Below, piece after piece: positions 1 through 12,852 of a stretch of 64,000 bases of DNA. This DNA is from Adineta vaga. Its lineage: Eukaryota > Animalia > Rotifera. The translations under genes were made by a program, and so were the position numbers. The notes below the pieces were generated by a model, which saw only the letters and a list, made by a program, of their open reading frames with translations, made no database searches and was not told the DNA's origin. Numbering within the stretch: the first letter of the stretch is position 1; the number at the start of each line of letters is the position of its first letter. The stretch spans positions 11,718,001-11,782,000 of the forward strand of contig CP075496.1 of assembly GCA_021613535.1 (NCBI GenBank), in the 5' to 3' direction.

Positions 1-2344
1 ATGTTAATTGTAACTCGTTCAGCTTTTGTCGTTTATCTCATACATGCAATGCACAAACTAGAAGAGAAGATCTTTCTTTTCTTCTCTTCGCTTTCTCGAT
101 TCAGTTCAACGATAAGAGACGACAGTCAGTGGCAACTATGAAATACGATGAAAACAAAGAACGTTTCCTAAAAGAAACGATGACAACATGCAATAGAATG
201 TAACGTCGTTTTCTATTATAATATGCTGTTAGAAAGCAGGAAAGTTCGCTCTATATGACGTCGAATCATCTCCGTTTCTCGATTCTTTTTTTCTCTCTCT
301 CTCTCCCTCTCCCTCTCTCGTTTTCTTCTCTTTCTTCTTTGTACGACAACAGTTCATTATTTTGAGTAACGCCAAAAGGGACGAAATAGAACAAGATCAT
401 ACTCTTAGGTTTCTTTCTTCGTCTTCTTTTTTGTTACTAACTGATGAACATCGTTCTTGGACAAATAAGAAAAGAAATAAGCTGAAAAATCTTCAGAATA
501 TTCTTTTAATAAGCATCACTCTTTTTTGCCTATGTTGACATTGAACAAGATGATAGACAAGCATTATTCAACTCATCCACTATTCATATGTGAAGTGATA
601 GACGACACGCATTTACGCTTCTAGAGAACTGATTTTGACGGATGTCAGTTGTTATCAATTGTAAGAAAAAGAAAACTAACATTTATTATTGAAAGAGCAG
701 TTTTCTTCTCTCATAAAGAACAAATACACTGTCTCTTGTCGTTTCGCATTTATTTCATTGCCTAGTCGGAAGAGAGAGAGAGAGAAACTATTGAAAAGGC
801 AAACTTTAAAAACTACCCTATTTGTCCGTAGTAAACGTTGAATAGAAAGAAAAAATAACAAGGAAATCATGTCATAAACGACGACAACGACGACGATAAA
901 GAAAAGATTAAATTAATATTTTAGCATATGAGACAGTTTCTTCCTCACTTAACGCTTATTGAATATATCAATCATGCAAACAAACGTGTCGATTCCGATT
1001 TTTTTTAGTTGGAAAAGAAGAAGGGAAAAAATCTTTTTTTTCCTTTTTATTTGATCTCGAAAAAGATGTTTAATTAGTCTTTTTTTTCTTTGCCTCGTCA
1101 AGTGTATCGTTTCTTTTGATTCTATTAATTGAAAATTCACTTAATAAACTTTCGGAATGAACAAACGGTTAAAATGAGGGATGTCTAGATGATGAAATTG
1201 AGGAAACTATTTCATACGGAAGACGAAGAAAAGCATCCTATTCGAATATGTTCAGTCTAGCAAATCTTTCTTTCTTTCTTTTTCTTTCCTTCTTTCTTTT
1301 CTAACAGTTAAATCTCCGAATATATTTTGTTCTCTCGAGAAAAAGAAAAACCAAAGACATCACGACTTGATAAACATGCAAATTCATTACAGGATATCGA
1401 CTATTGAGTGAAATCAATGCCAATGAATACAAGATAAATGACGTAAATCTCGTCCGTCGAATGAAGTTTTAATCTATAAAAAGAAAACACATCCGACTAT
1501 TCATATATTTATATAAAACCGGATATGAGATCAGGTGTATCCGGTGCAAGGTGTCAATTTGGAATTCTTTGTATTAAATACATATTTTCCTAGTAATAAA
1601 ACCCTTTCCGAACAATAATGTCAGAGTGTCTTCCGTTATTCGATCTAGTTAATCGAAATTCAAATAGACCAATTTTGTTTTTCAAGAGATGTCTTCAATT
1701 AGAAGTCGAATAATAGACATATTCCTCAGGGCTTTATCGGGAAAGATCTCTGATTAATAATGCAAAGCTCAGCTGCTTGTAGAAAACATTGTATTTCGTA
1801 TTGATTAATAAATAAATTCAAAGTTTTCTTTTGATAATATTGTCGTGACATGAATTTGTTGTTGTTCAAGAAGGAGGTGATTTTCCTTTTGAAATAAATC
1901 TTGAAAAAATATTTCAGTTTTCTTCATTTCTTTTACTTTCCTATAGAAAGAAATACGAAGTAATCTGCTTACTAAACATGTCATTAAAGATGTTTTAGAT
2001 TCACTGTTAGTTTAAATTAATCGTCTTAAATTTCTTTTTCCTTTTTTTTCTTTGTTTCATATTGAATGCTTTCTATTAGTACAAGTGAAAAGATTAATAT
2101 CGAATGAATTGTAAGAAAAATAAGTTTTTCAATAAATTATAATGAATTAATAAAATTTTGATTCGTTTGTTATCTAACATTCTCATTCATTTCATGTATA
2201 TATATATAGATAGATAGATAGATGGAAAAGAAAAACAAATAATGAATTCTTTCGTATTTGTTATTCTCTTTTCGTTTATATCGATTTGAAATAAACAAAT
2301 ACATATATCGACGACAGCGACATTAGTAAAGATTTGAAATCAAA

Positions 2345-3493
2345 ATGCCATCGATGGCGACTGGCAGATTTTTTCCTCTAATTCCATCAATTTCATTACT
2401 ATTAAATAATAATATTTCTACAGGAATATTACCTGAAATTCCAACATTAGATGATGATCAAACAATTGTCTTAACATCACCAACAATAAATTTAATTTAT
2501 CGTGTCTTTTTTCCATGTTTAATTTTTATTGGTACATGTGGTTCCATAATGAGTTTAAAATGTCTTTATGCTCAACGATTTCGAAAAAATAATTCCACAT
2601 ATGTCTTCTTCTTTCTTATATCTCTTGTTGATTTAGCTATTTTATATACAGGTGCTCTTCGATTATTAATCTTAGCAATGACAGGTTTTGATGTACGTTC
2701 AACATCATTATTTCTTTGTCGTGCTCATCGATTTACAACATATTTTCTTTTACAACTTTCATCATGTTTATTAGCTTTAATGACATTAGATCGTGCACGA
2801 AAAACTTTATCAATGTTACCTCCATTTAAAACGACAATTGTTGCCTTTCGAACTACACAATTAATCCCTACTGAACATCATACATTATTCCATTCACGTA
2901 TTAAACAAAGTAAAATCTTATGGATAACATGTTTTGTTATCTTATGTTTAATTCTCTTGGATTCACATTTCTTCTATTGTACGGGTTATCAACATCGTAA
3001 AAATAGCAAACAAATTAATTGTCAATCCATTGGAGATCAAGGACATTGTCAACGTTATTGGATGGTCTATTTATGGTTTGATGCATTTCTTTATTCTTAT
3101 TTACCATTTTTTATTATTACAGTTTGTAATATACGTTTAATTATTTATTTAAAACAACAACGTACAAGACGCATTGCATTAACATCATCAACAATAGCTT
3201 TATCACATAATTATCGTATAACATGTTCAGTTATACTAATGTCAATCTTATTTTTAATATTTTCTGTTCCAGTAGCATTTCTAGAACAATTTGAATTTAG
3301 ACTTCATCATTATAAATATTATTATCATTGTCTTGCACTCGCTTATTTAGCAATGTATTTTAATCATACAATATCATTCTTTTTATTTCTATGTGGTACA
3401 CAATTTCGTCAATCGGTCAAGGAACTTATTTGGGCACAAGCAACAGAACAACCAAGAACGAATACAACACTATTTGCTCTTGTTCCTAAATAA
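2345..3493 (+). CDS. Intronless class A (rhodopsin-like) peptide-receptor-type GPCR, orphan
   Basis: 382-aa ORF with seven hydrophobic segments. TM1 IGTCGS, TM2 SLVDL, Cys at the start of TM3 (LCRAHRF), DRY-like TLDRA, TM5 YSYLPF..CN, TM6 FSVP, TM7 NHTISFFLF followed by an FR helix 8. Confidence 0.85.
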   Translation: MPSMATGRFFPLIPSISLLLNNNISTGILPEIPTLDDDQTIVLTSPTINLIYRVFFPCLIFIGTCGSIMSLKCLYAQRFRKNNSTYVFFFLISLVDLAILYTGALRLLILAMTGFDVRSTSLFLCRAHRFTTYFLLQLSSCLLALMTLDRARKTLSMLPPFKTTIVAFRTTQLIPTEHHTLFHSRIKQSKILWITCFVILCLILLDSHFFYCTGYQHRKNSKQINCQSIGDQGHCQRYWMVYLWFDAFLYSYLPFFIITVCNIRLIIYLKQQRTRRIALTSSTIALSHNYRITCSVILMSILFLIFSVPVAFLEQFEFRLHHYKYYYHCLALAYLAMYFNHTISFFLFLCGTQFRQSVKELIWAQATEQPRTNTTLFALVPK

Positions 3494-3668
3494 GTTATTA
3501 TTAAAAAAAAACGTGTTTTTTTTAAAATTTTATTTATATGTATAAATCGAAAAGAGAGAGAAAATGAGAGAGATATAAAAAGAAAAAATATATTTTTATA
3601 CTTATGATATTGTGCAGTTGTTTTCTTTTTTCTAGAAATAAGTAAAAACAAAACAATGTAAAACAAAA

Positions 3669-6370
3669 TCAATTTATTCGATTTACCGCTGTCTTAGATT
3701 CAGTTTGAGATTTATTAGGATAAACATCTGACGATGGAGCTGCAATGACACCATAGTCATTGTCATGTAAAGTTCGTAAATTTCGATCACCAAGTGGTTG
3801 ATCAAACCATCGACGATTATCGACAATACTTGAACGATGTTCAAAGTTCGGTGTTGGATCAGTATTAGTAAACGTTGGTTTTGTACTCTAGAACAAATTA
3901 AATTGGGAAAGTTTTTTTTTTTATTTTGATTCTACCTGTTGCATCGACATTTGAACTGTTTTCCATCCTCCTGTTGAACTAGCTGCTGTAGCGCGTTGTG
4001 AAGGTAGTGTTTCGCCTTCGTTATTTGCAAATTTAGCAAGGGTAAATTCAGCTGGTTGATGTTCATTTGGATGATCATTATATTGTTGTCTGCTAGATGA
4101 TTGTATAGTCGGTAATTTAAGTACAGGAATACCATTCGAACCACCATTATGTGTTGGTCCATACTCTGGATCAACATATGCTTGACCTCGATATACGGAA
4201 CCTGGATTTGAGAGAATAACGGATCTGGATGTTGGTCGTTCAACATCTAATGAGAATTATGAAATAGTTTAGTATCGACAAGAAAAACAAACTTTTGCGT
4301 CGACGTATTCTTTCTTCGTCAGGTACATAACCATTTGCTGTTGTATAGTAGATTTGTTCTCTATTAGAATTAGGTCCGTGATGATTACCAGTAACAGCTG
4401 ATATTGCATTATCATATGTAAAAGAATTTGTTATTTGAGGTTTAATCTAAAGAAAAGTAAAAAAAATAGAAAGAATAATTAAGTATTCAATCAAAATATT
4501 TTACTAATCGTCCAGATGAAGTTCGATAATAGATCGCTTCTTGAATAATTTCATAATCAACAGCTGACGGATCGTAAGCTAGAGCAAGTTCAGTTGATGA
4601 AGGCTCTTTAGTTTCAATTCCAACTGATCTTGTCATTGTTTCACGTCGTTTTCGATGAGCTTGTGATTGTATTGGTGTTGAATGAACAGATTCTTCATAT
4701 TGTGAAGTGGATGATGTCGTATGTTTAGATCCATCAGGTCGTTTTCGATGAACTATTCGAGTTACTGCTTGTGGTGGAGTAGTATGAGTTGATTCATCAC
4801 GTTGTGATACAGTATATTTTACTTCTTCACGTCGTCTTGCACGACCTCGTTGTGTTTCTTGCTGAGAAATTGGACTTGTCTGTATTGATTCAGTACGTTG
4901 TGCAGTAGTTAACATTGTTTGTGTTGTTTCATCTTGTGGTATCGGTGATCCTGTTTTACGTTTACGTACAGTACCTTTATAACGATGATCTTGACATTGA
5001 CAATGATTCAAAGATTCTTGACCATTCATAGATCCCATTTCACGATGAGAAACAGAAGGTAGTGTAATTGATTTCCGTCCTTCCGTTGTTTTTGTATGTC
5101 GATGACTACTACATTTACACCAATCGTATGCAACTTGATCAAGTTTAAGACGTACTTCACGAGGTGAAGGTTGTCCAGAAGCACCAATTGATTGTCGTCT
5201 TTGTGCTAAATCTCTATGATTATGATCTTTACATCGACACCAATCATAAACTAATTGATCACCTTCAACATGTGATACATGATGACGACAACTACATGTT
5301 TGTTGATTTGATTGTTCTAATGCTAAGATTTCCCAATGTTTTAGTTTTGTTTTCTTTCTTTTTATACCATTTTTCTTTGTTATACTATTCGATTTTGTAG
5401 ATGTGAGATTGTCATCACTATCATAATTATAATTGTTATCATAGACATCGAAGCCCTTTTCACTTGTACCTAAGTTAAAAGAATAATATTTTTTTGAAAC
5501 GAAAAAAATCAACAGAACAGTAACAAATAAACAAAAAACAAACTCTACTACCATGGTTAGAATTGATAGATTGTGATCTCTTCTTGTTTTTTTCAAAACG
5601 ATTTACCTAAACAGATATAATTGAAAGAATTCAAGAATGTTTGATTTATTCTACTCTTTCACAAAACTAATCTCACATACTTGTTTAATTAACATATCAG
5701 CAAGTGATTCTGGTAAAGCTGCTGGACCAAGAAATCTTGTTGGAATACCTTTTGTTGGTTCAATTTTAATTCTAAATAGAAAATAATGATATATCTTCTA
5801 CTGATATTTTAGTTCATCGTTTTACCGAACAAAACTAACTCTATTGTGTTTAGCCGTATCTGTATCATAATTATTATCTCCTTCATTTCCATGATGATGA
5901 CCCGGATTTAAATCACGTTCATTTTGTAATGCTGTAATATGATTTTTACATAAATTTAAATGTTTAGGATCATAACAACATGAATGATATTTATGTAGTT
6001 GAAAATATTTGACATCTTTTATTTCAGGAAAATAACATTGTAATAATTTTCTAACTTCTTTCTTCGATAATTCTTTCTTCTGACTTAATTCCTCTATTTC
6101 TTCACGTGTTAAGGGCGGTGGTTGATTGGCACCCACACGAAGTTCTTGTTGCATACCAATTGGCTTAACATACACATGAGCTTGACGACACATAAAACAA
6201 TCCGCTTCAGGATTACGTTCAGGCTCTTTTTCAAAAGGTACTGATGATGAAAGTCCACGAGGTGTAGTACTACTCGGATAACTTCGATAACGAAGTGTTG
6301 TTGGAATGGCCTAATTCATAGCATTAGAAATTGATTTTTCTTTTTTTTTCTTCTTATTACTTACTGGCAT
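3669..6370 (-). CDS. Multi-exon uncharacterised protein (~750 aa) with CxCxxH repeats and a long low-complexity region
   Basis: Begins ATG CCA|gtaagt at 6370. Canonical GT-AG introns keep one frame through ORFs 5822..6193 and 4487..5596 and three further exons (IKPQITNSF.., DVERPTSRS.., STKPTFTN..VNRIN) to TGA at 3671-3669. Confidence 0.75.
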
Positions 6371-8082
6371 CGTACAGAATGTTGTCTGTCGTGAAATGCG
6401 TTGGTTAACAACAAACTAAACAGAATGTATGTGGAAGCTCTACATATAAAGGTAAAAATAATAAACAGACACTTAACAAATGAAATGTTGCATGTTAAAT
6501 CTTTTTGGTGGAATTCGATCATATAATGATCGAGCAACTTTTGTATTTATTCTGTGGACGAAAAAAGAAAAAGGTAGCGATTGTTTATTTTATACGCACT
6601 CTGTCGTTTTTTTTCTTGTCCTGCTATGGCATGGCAAAGAAAACAATGAAAAGTGAAAGATTAACAATCATTAAAATGAAATTCACTTCGTTTTCTTTCA
6701 GTAAACCAATCCATCTATTAACCACTATTTTCCTAAATGTCCTTCTCTACGCCCACTATTTGATGAATATTATTTGTTATTCGACGAAAGATATTCGATA
6801 TAAGTGTTTACGATTAATTTGACTATTCAAATCTAGGTTAATTACCTATCAAAGAGAATTGTATTGCATTTGTTTTATAATCCATTATTAATTTACTTTG
6901 CATAAAAGTGTTTTTTTTTCATATTTAGCCATCGGTTATAATTTTCAAAGTAATGAATCGTAAACGTCAATATTAACTAATCATAGATTAGCCAGTTTAT
7001 TTTCAACTCTTTGTCTCTGCAAATAATATTTTGAGTTGAATAAGTCAGTCATACGATTAGTTTTACTCTCTCCTATGTAATTGAATGGAAATCTTAAGTG
7101 AGATATAGATTTAGCAAACGAATCACAATAGAAATGACTATAATCTAACATTTTTATGGCATAACAGAAGAACCAGAAATAAGTTGTTCTATAGATACCG
7201 CATTTTCATAATTTCTTTCAATACAGCCAAATGGCAACAAAATGAAACACCTCATTTTGACATTCGGAGAGTCTCTGATGACCAGACTTTCATACAAATA
7301 GATTATTCTTTATTTCAAACAAACACCCTCAACTATTCTTTAATCATACCAATGAACAAATATTTTGTCTACAGTTTTTCTAATTACATTCAATACTGCT
7401 TAGAAATGTTTTTGTCGCATAAGAGCATACATATATAGATCAATCAGTGTGTTTAATTCGTTGAGACTAATGCACATTCAAAGAATCATGAAGTATTTAT
7501 TTTAGTAGAGATCAAGAATAGAAAGAATAAAATTAGATATTTATATGGATTTATGCACGGCTCAATGAAAATAAATAGAATCAATGCAAACCATTTATTT
7601 GTTCATCATAAACATATATTTTTCATCGATATAAATAGCAAACAAATAGTTTTGACATTCAACATTATCAGATGTGAACTATAATGTTTTTCAATAATTG
7701 CTATCTAATAAATGATTATAAATATAGGATGTTTTAATGAATACTTTTTTTTCTATTTTCTCGTGTTCTTTTTTTGTCATATTGGAGTTCTATATGAAAA
7801 GAGAAGACACGGAAATGAGAAGTGCTTTGGTCGGACATAAATACAGAAGGAGGCTATAAAGCACTTAAAAAATGAGCAGCAAATAACGAATCAATTGAAT
7901 CGTATTGTACTTGGATTTAAGTGTCAAAGGAAAGTCACAATGCTGAACTAATGAACTTTTTTTATGATAGGACATACCATAGGTTTAGAGAACATGATTA
8001 TTTCTAGTAAAGTACAAATAAATTCTGAATAAAAAAAGGAAACATTTCTTTCTTTCATGCCTTTCTCATTCTATATTTCTTC

Positions 8083-8086
<4 letters not shown>

Positions 8087-8112
<26 letters not shown>
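8087..8112. repeat. (CT)n microsatellite upstream of the neuropeptide gene
   Basis: Uninterrupted CT dinucleotide run. Confidence 0.9.
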
Positions 8113-8113
<1 letters not shown>

Positions 8114-8233
8114 CCTCTCTTCATCAATTCTTTGACATACAGAAGAAGCATTCCAATAATAAATCTGTTTAACTCGAGCTGCATTGAACGTTTTAATATT
8201 CATTCATTCAGTCTGTTTCTCTTTCTCATCACA

Positions 8234-8680
8234 ATGATTTCAAAAGAAGTATCTCGTTTAAGTAAGTTCGTTTTTTTTTCATTTAAATTCAACTTTCTTG
8301 AATTTTCTTTAGCAACAATTTTCATTTGCATGTCTTTTCTTTTTCAATACATGTCTGGTGAACGTTTACCCGCGAATTTATTGGAAATGAATGTCAATAA
8401 TAGTGATGACAGTATGCTTAATAATTATCTCTGGCTCCGACCAATGTTATATGCGGATTCAGATGAGAGCAGTATAGATGATAATAATTCAAGAGAAATG
8501 TCTCCTTTATTATCGAAACTTATTTCAGTTGACAACGAACATGATCAAAACAATCGACCAAGTTTCCATTTATCCCCTGTTCGTCGATCAAACTTTTGGA
8601 AACGCTCAAATTTTTGGCGTAAACGTGCCAATTTTTGGCGACGAGATTTGAATTCACAAGAGCATGAACAAGTGATGTAA
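8234..8680 (+). CDS. Probable neuropeptide precursor (131 aa) with three (S/A)NFW peptides
   Basis: ATG at 8234 and a 51-nt intron 8262-8312 give the signal-peptide-like MISKEVSRLTTIFICMSFLFQYMSG. An acidic spacer follows, then RR-SNFW-KR-SNFW-RKR-ANFW-RR. Confidence 0.8.
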   Translation: MISKEVSRLSKFVFFSFKFNFLEFSLATIFICMSFLFQYMSGERLPANLLEMNVNNSDDSMLNNYLWLRPMLYADSDESSIDDNNSREMSPLLSKLISVDNEHDQNNRPSFHLSPVRRSNFWKRSNFWRKRANFWRRDLNSQEHEQVM

Positions 8681-10329
8681 AATTTTCAAAAAATTAATAA
8701 AGAAATAAAAACTAGCATTCACCTTTCTTCTTCTTCCATTTTCAAATGAATTCAATAAAAAAAACACAAAATAATAACCTATGAATTCATACCGTTCAAA
8801 CACGAATGTCTTCAAGTGCATCATGACAGATTTTGGATTGTTTTCACAATAGAAAAGGTCGATTAGTACTGGTTAATTATTTAGTTTTATAATAATTAAG
8901 TCAAATTCAGTTAGTATGAATTCTCTTGAAGAAGTGCAATTATGACAACTTGAAAATTCTCAGACGTTAGATTGTTAATAAGGGATATAATAGCACACTA
9001 TTTAATATCTAAGTATATGTTGATTAGAGAAGTATTATAGAAGAAAATCATATTTAGAGAGAATAATAGTCTGGATGAAGAAATAAATTGAAGGTCATTA
9101 AACATTTCGATTGTTTTGATCTAATGAAAGAAATTCTTGTTCAATTTAGAGACAATTAATTTTTATTTTGAATACATAAAAATGTTTATTTGAATTTAGT
9201 TTGTTGTATTTAAAGAACGAACTAGTTCATAAAGTGGATGAGATGAGAGGTGTTACATTTCTTGGAAAAGTGTTTTGAAAGGAACCACGCTGAATTTATT
9301 TTCCTTTTCACAGTTTAATGGACAATCAGTGTGACAAGAATTGATTTGTTTTATTAAGGTTGAAATAGTGTAAAAGTGCATTTTACACTCATGTTTATTA
9401 TTTCTCTTACAGAGAACAAAAACATCGATGATTAAATTTCTGTAGGACATAAGTTTGACATATAAACAATATTTTTTTGTTTATGCACGATAATAAGTGC
9501 ATTTCTAATACTACTTCTTATACTTTGATGATTATTATTAGATGAATAACCTATGATCATGAGTTTTATAAAAGATATCATTGTGACTTATGACAACATT
9601 TTAGATTTATATCTGACAACAAAAATAAACGGGTTTTGTACAATTATTCAATAGATATTTCTATCATCTTCTTACTCTTTAGTGAATTGGGAATTCGAGG
9701 TGAGAAAAAAAGGTCAGAATGACTTTTCAATTAGAAATAAATGTTTTCTAGCTGTAAAATTTGATTTTGATCATTTGAATATGAAAGTGTGAATATTGTA
9801 GGTGATAACATCACTAAAGTTCATTCGTCACATTCCATAAACAATACATTCATTATAAAATGTCTTCTATATTTACATGGTTTTATCTTTTACTACAAAA
9901 TTATCTATAGTATTTCCTATAAGAACAACGCATTTTTCTGGACACAACTTATAATTAATGATGACCAAGTGTAGGCATATCTACTGAAAATATTTCATAA
10001 GTTTTTCTCTAACGATATAAATAAGTACTTCTATCGAATAAAGTAATATCATGTATTAATAACCTGTATCGTAGATTCATTCGACTAAAGATATAGTTTT
10101 TTCTTCCGACATGAGACTGTTCATAAATAAAACCAAGATATATTAACATAACGTTTTCTTTCCCGAGAAAGACGTTCACTGTTTTAATGTATATCAAAGA
10201 AGAAAAAAATGTAACAATGAACAGAACGAAAATACATACAACATTGAAAATTTCATTCATACAAGACTATGCATTATTTATTCTAGACAAGATATTTTGA
10301 CAATGAAGAAAAATATTACAAACTAAAAT

Positions 10330-12852
10330 TTATTTGACGACATTTGTCGAATTTCTTGGTTGTGAAGAATTTTTATGATTACTTGCCGAAGGTGATAATG
10401 GAATAACACGCGCAGCTTTTCGTAATAAATGCCAGCAAGCAGCTCGTTGTCCACCATTAATAACTTCACACCAATGAATAATTTCACTATGTTGCGCAAT
10501 ATTTGCATTACCAATAGGTGTTGTATTTTCAAAACGTAGAAAACCTAATGGTTCATCTGGAGCCATAAGATCATGATGATAAACACCTATTTCAAGACAT
10601 GAATCATCTAATGATATACCAGGAATATTAAATGAAATTTCTTCATTCCATTTTGGATTTAGTGTATTACGTTTAACACTCGTTCGTTTTCTTTTCACTT
10701 TATCTGTTTGACCTAATTGTAATGTTAAACGAACAACAGGATCTAAAAGAAAAGAAAGTTGACTTTTTTTGAATTCTATACCGAAAGACTTTATCAAACC
10801 TGCTTCAATATGCATTGAAAGTGCTTTGAGATTTCGTGCTTCAATAATTCCAACATTAAGTCGTTCAGCCTGTGCCAAATATGTTAATGAAACGAGTAAT
10901 TCTCCAAGATACTCATCTTCCTTGAAAATAGAAAAACGCAACGGATTGAAGCATGAATGATGTAAAAAGAAATCAAATTTCCTCTAGACATAGTATAAAC
11001 ATAATTTTATGCTTCTTTGATCATTAATTTTCGTTTGATATATGAAAAAGAAAAGAAATGATTTTTGTCTTACCGCTCGTTGTTTATTTATAGTACACCA
11101 AAGATCACAGCCATGAATAGTTTGAGGTGTTAAACGTATTTGAGCTTCACCAATACATTCTGGTCGACTTGAATGTGCATAATTATAAATATAGAAATAA
11201 AGTGTTTTATTCGTTCTAAAGACACTTTCATTTGCAACACCAAATTTAAAATATTCATTCCAAATCGGATTGATTGTTTCAGGTTGTACAGATGTTTGAC
11301 GAAGTTTTTGATCAACAGGTGGACGAAGATGAATTTTCACATAAGGATTAGCAAATTCTTCACGATCGAATGGTAAATATTGAGCTAAATAATCGAATAC
11401 AATGACATGTATATTTGAAAAAACAAGCAAACGAAAAGAATATTTTTACCTTCAATAACATTAACGAGAAGATCATTTCTATGATCATCATATTGGATAC
11501 GAATATGCAATCGATGTAAATCTTCTTCTACTGTTGATAGATCATCATTGATTCGATCAGTAAAATTAGTTGTTGCTGAATTTCCACTTGTACTATTGCA
11601 AGAACTATTTCCAGAACATGCCGTGTCGACAAAGTAAAGATTAGGCATAATTGCACCTAATGCGCCACGTAAACTTTTGTTTTTAATTAGACGAGAAGTT
11701 GATTGAAGAGAAATAGGTGGTGATAGTAGACTTTGCTCTGATGACGGCATTGAAGCTCGTGTTATATTACTTGCTTGTTTGCCTAATATTCCATATTTAG
11801 TTGATGGTGGTGAACGAAAGGAAGAATGTAATTGACGAGTAGGTGAAGTTTGAATTGAGTCAGCTTTTGTAAAATGTCGTTTAAATGATGATGATGATGA
11901 TGTTGATTGCTGTTGTTGTTGTTGTTGTTGTTGTTGTTCTTCGATGGCAACATTTGCTGGTGTCGTATTTGTTGTTAATGGTGGTGTTGTTATTGAATTA
12001 ATCGATGGTGGATCAACTGATGAAATTGATTGTTCAACAACATCTGTTGTTCGTGGAAATAATTCAAATCGAATATTTTTTGCATTGGCTGCATTTGCTT
12101 GTGCTGCAAGTTCAATAATTTGTGGATCAACTACACCAGCAGTTGATAAACGTGGTGCTTTAGAACTTCTTCGACTGGAATAATGTGCTGTAATAGCTTG
12201 AGTGTCCGTATCATCATAAGAATGAGATAAACGACCACTTTCACCTTTTTTATGTAAAAGTACACTATCCGATGCTACCGATGGACGACCAGATTGAATT
12301 GAACTAATTGATAGACGAGATAATTTTTCTGATAGAATTGATAAACGACCCCCGGATGCTACTGATGTTCGAGCTGATTGTGTCGAAGAAACATCTTGTG
12401 TTATAACAGGCGGTTGTGGAATACGATGAACAATCGGTGCATAGATCTAATTTTAGAAAGAACAAACAATTAATCATTAGCATTGTGATTATCAATTTTT
12501 TTTTCTGTTTTTAAATAAAGGAAATGAGAAATTTGTTGAAAAATCTTTTCGAACTAGACGTGCGTGATCAACTAATCTAAGTAGATTCAATCAATAACGG
12601 AAACGAACTGTGTTATGACTTGACAAATGAGAAAACTCGGCTACTCACGAGATGTTGTGGTGGTTTGAAATATGTTTTAGCATCAATATTATTTATTGCT
12701 GCATAATGTCGAACAGATCGACCAAAATATCGATGACTAGATGATGGTACGCAGCATTTACAAAAAATAATTGTGACAACAAGAATTATAATTATAACCG
12801 AGACAGCACCAATTCCAATGCCAATAAATAAATCATAATGCATGGTAAGCAT
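10330..12852 (-). CDS. Synaptotagmin-family protein: N-terminal TM plus Cys cluster, long linker, tandem C2A/C2B
   Basis: Exon 1 encodes TM FIGIGIGAVSVIIIILVVTIIF then CKCC. C2A: LHIRIQYD..LLVNVIEA..NPYVKIHL..NPIWNEYFKF. C2B: GELLVSLTYLAQAERLNVGIIEARNLK..KRKRTSVKRNTLNPKWNEEISF..ACWHLL. Confidence 0.88.
11907..11936 (-). repeat. Coding (CAA/CAG)10 polyglutamine tract in the synaptotagmin linker
   Basis: (TTG)n on the + strand reads Q10 in frame, followed by a (TCA)5 poly-Ser run. Confidence 0.85.

Noticed and set aside
7184-7438. ORF containing NTAKWQQN, reminiscent of NHL-repeat protein starts
   Set aside because: No following GxTVAGG or repeats and no splice support.
8057-8233. N-terminal 59 aa of the 207-aa ORF
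   Set aside because: Translated CT microsatellite and UTR; the ORF also reads through an in-frame intron. ATG 8234 gives the sensible signal peptide.
8588-8602. NFWK resembles the somatostatin/urotensin II FWK core
   Set aside because: The Lys belongs to a KR cleavage site, the other copies have Arg there, and there are no flanking Cys for a ring.
9253-9450. 65-aa Cys-containing ORF
   Set aside because: No recognisable domain, signal peptide or exon structure.
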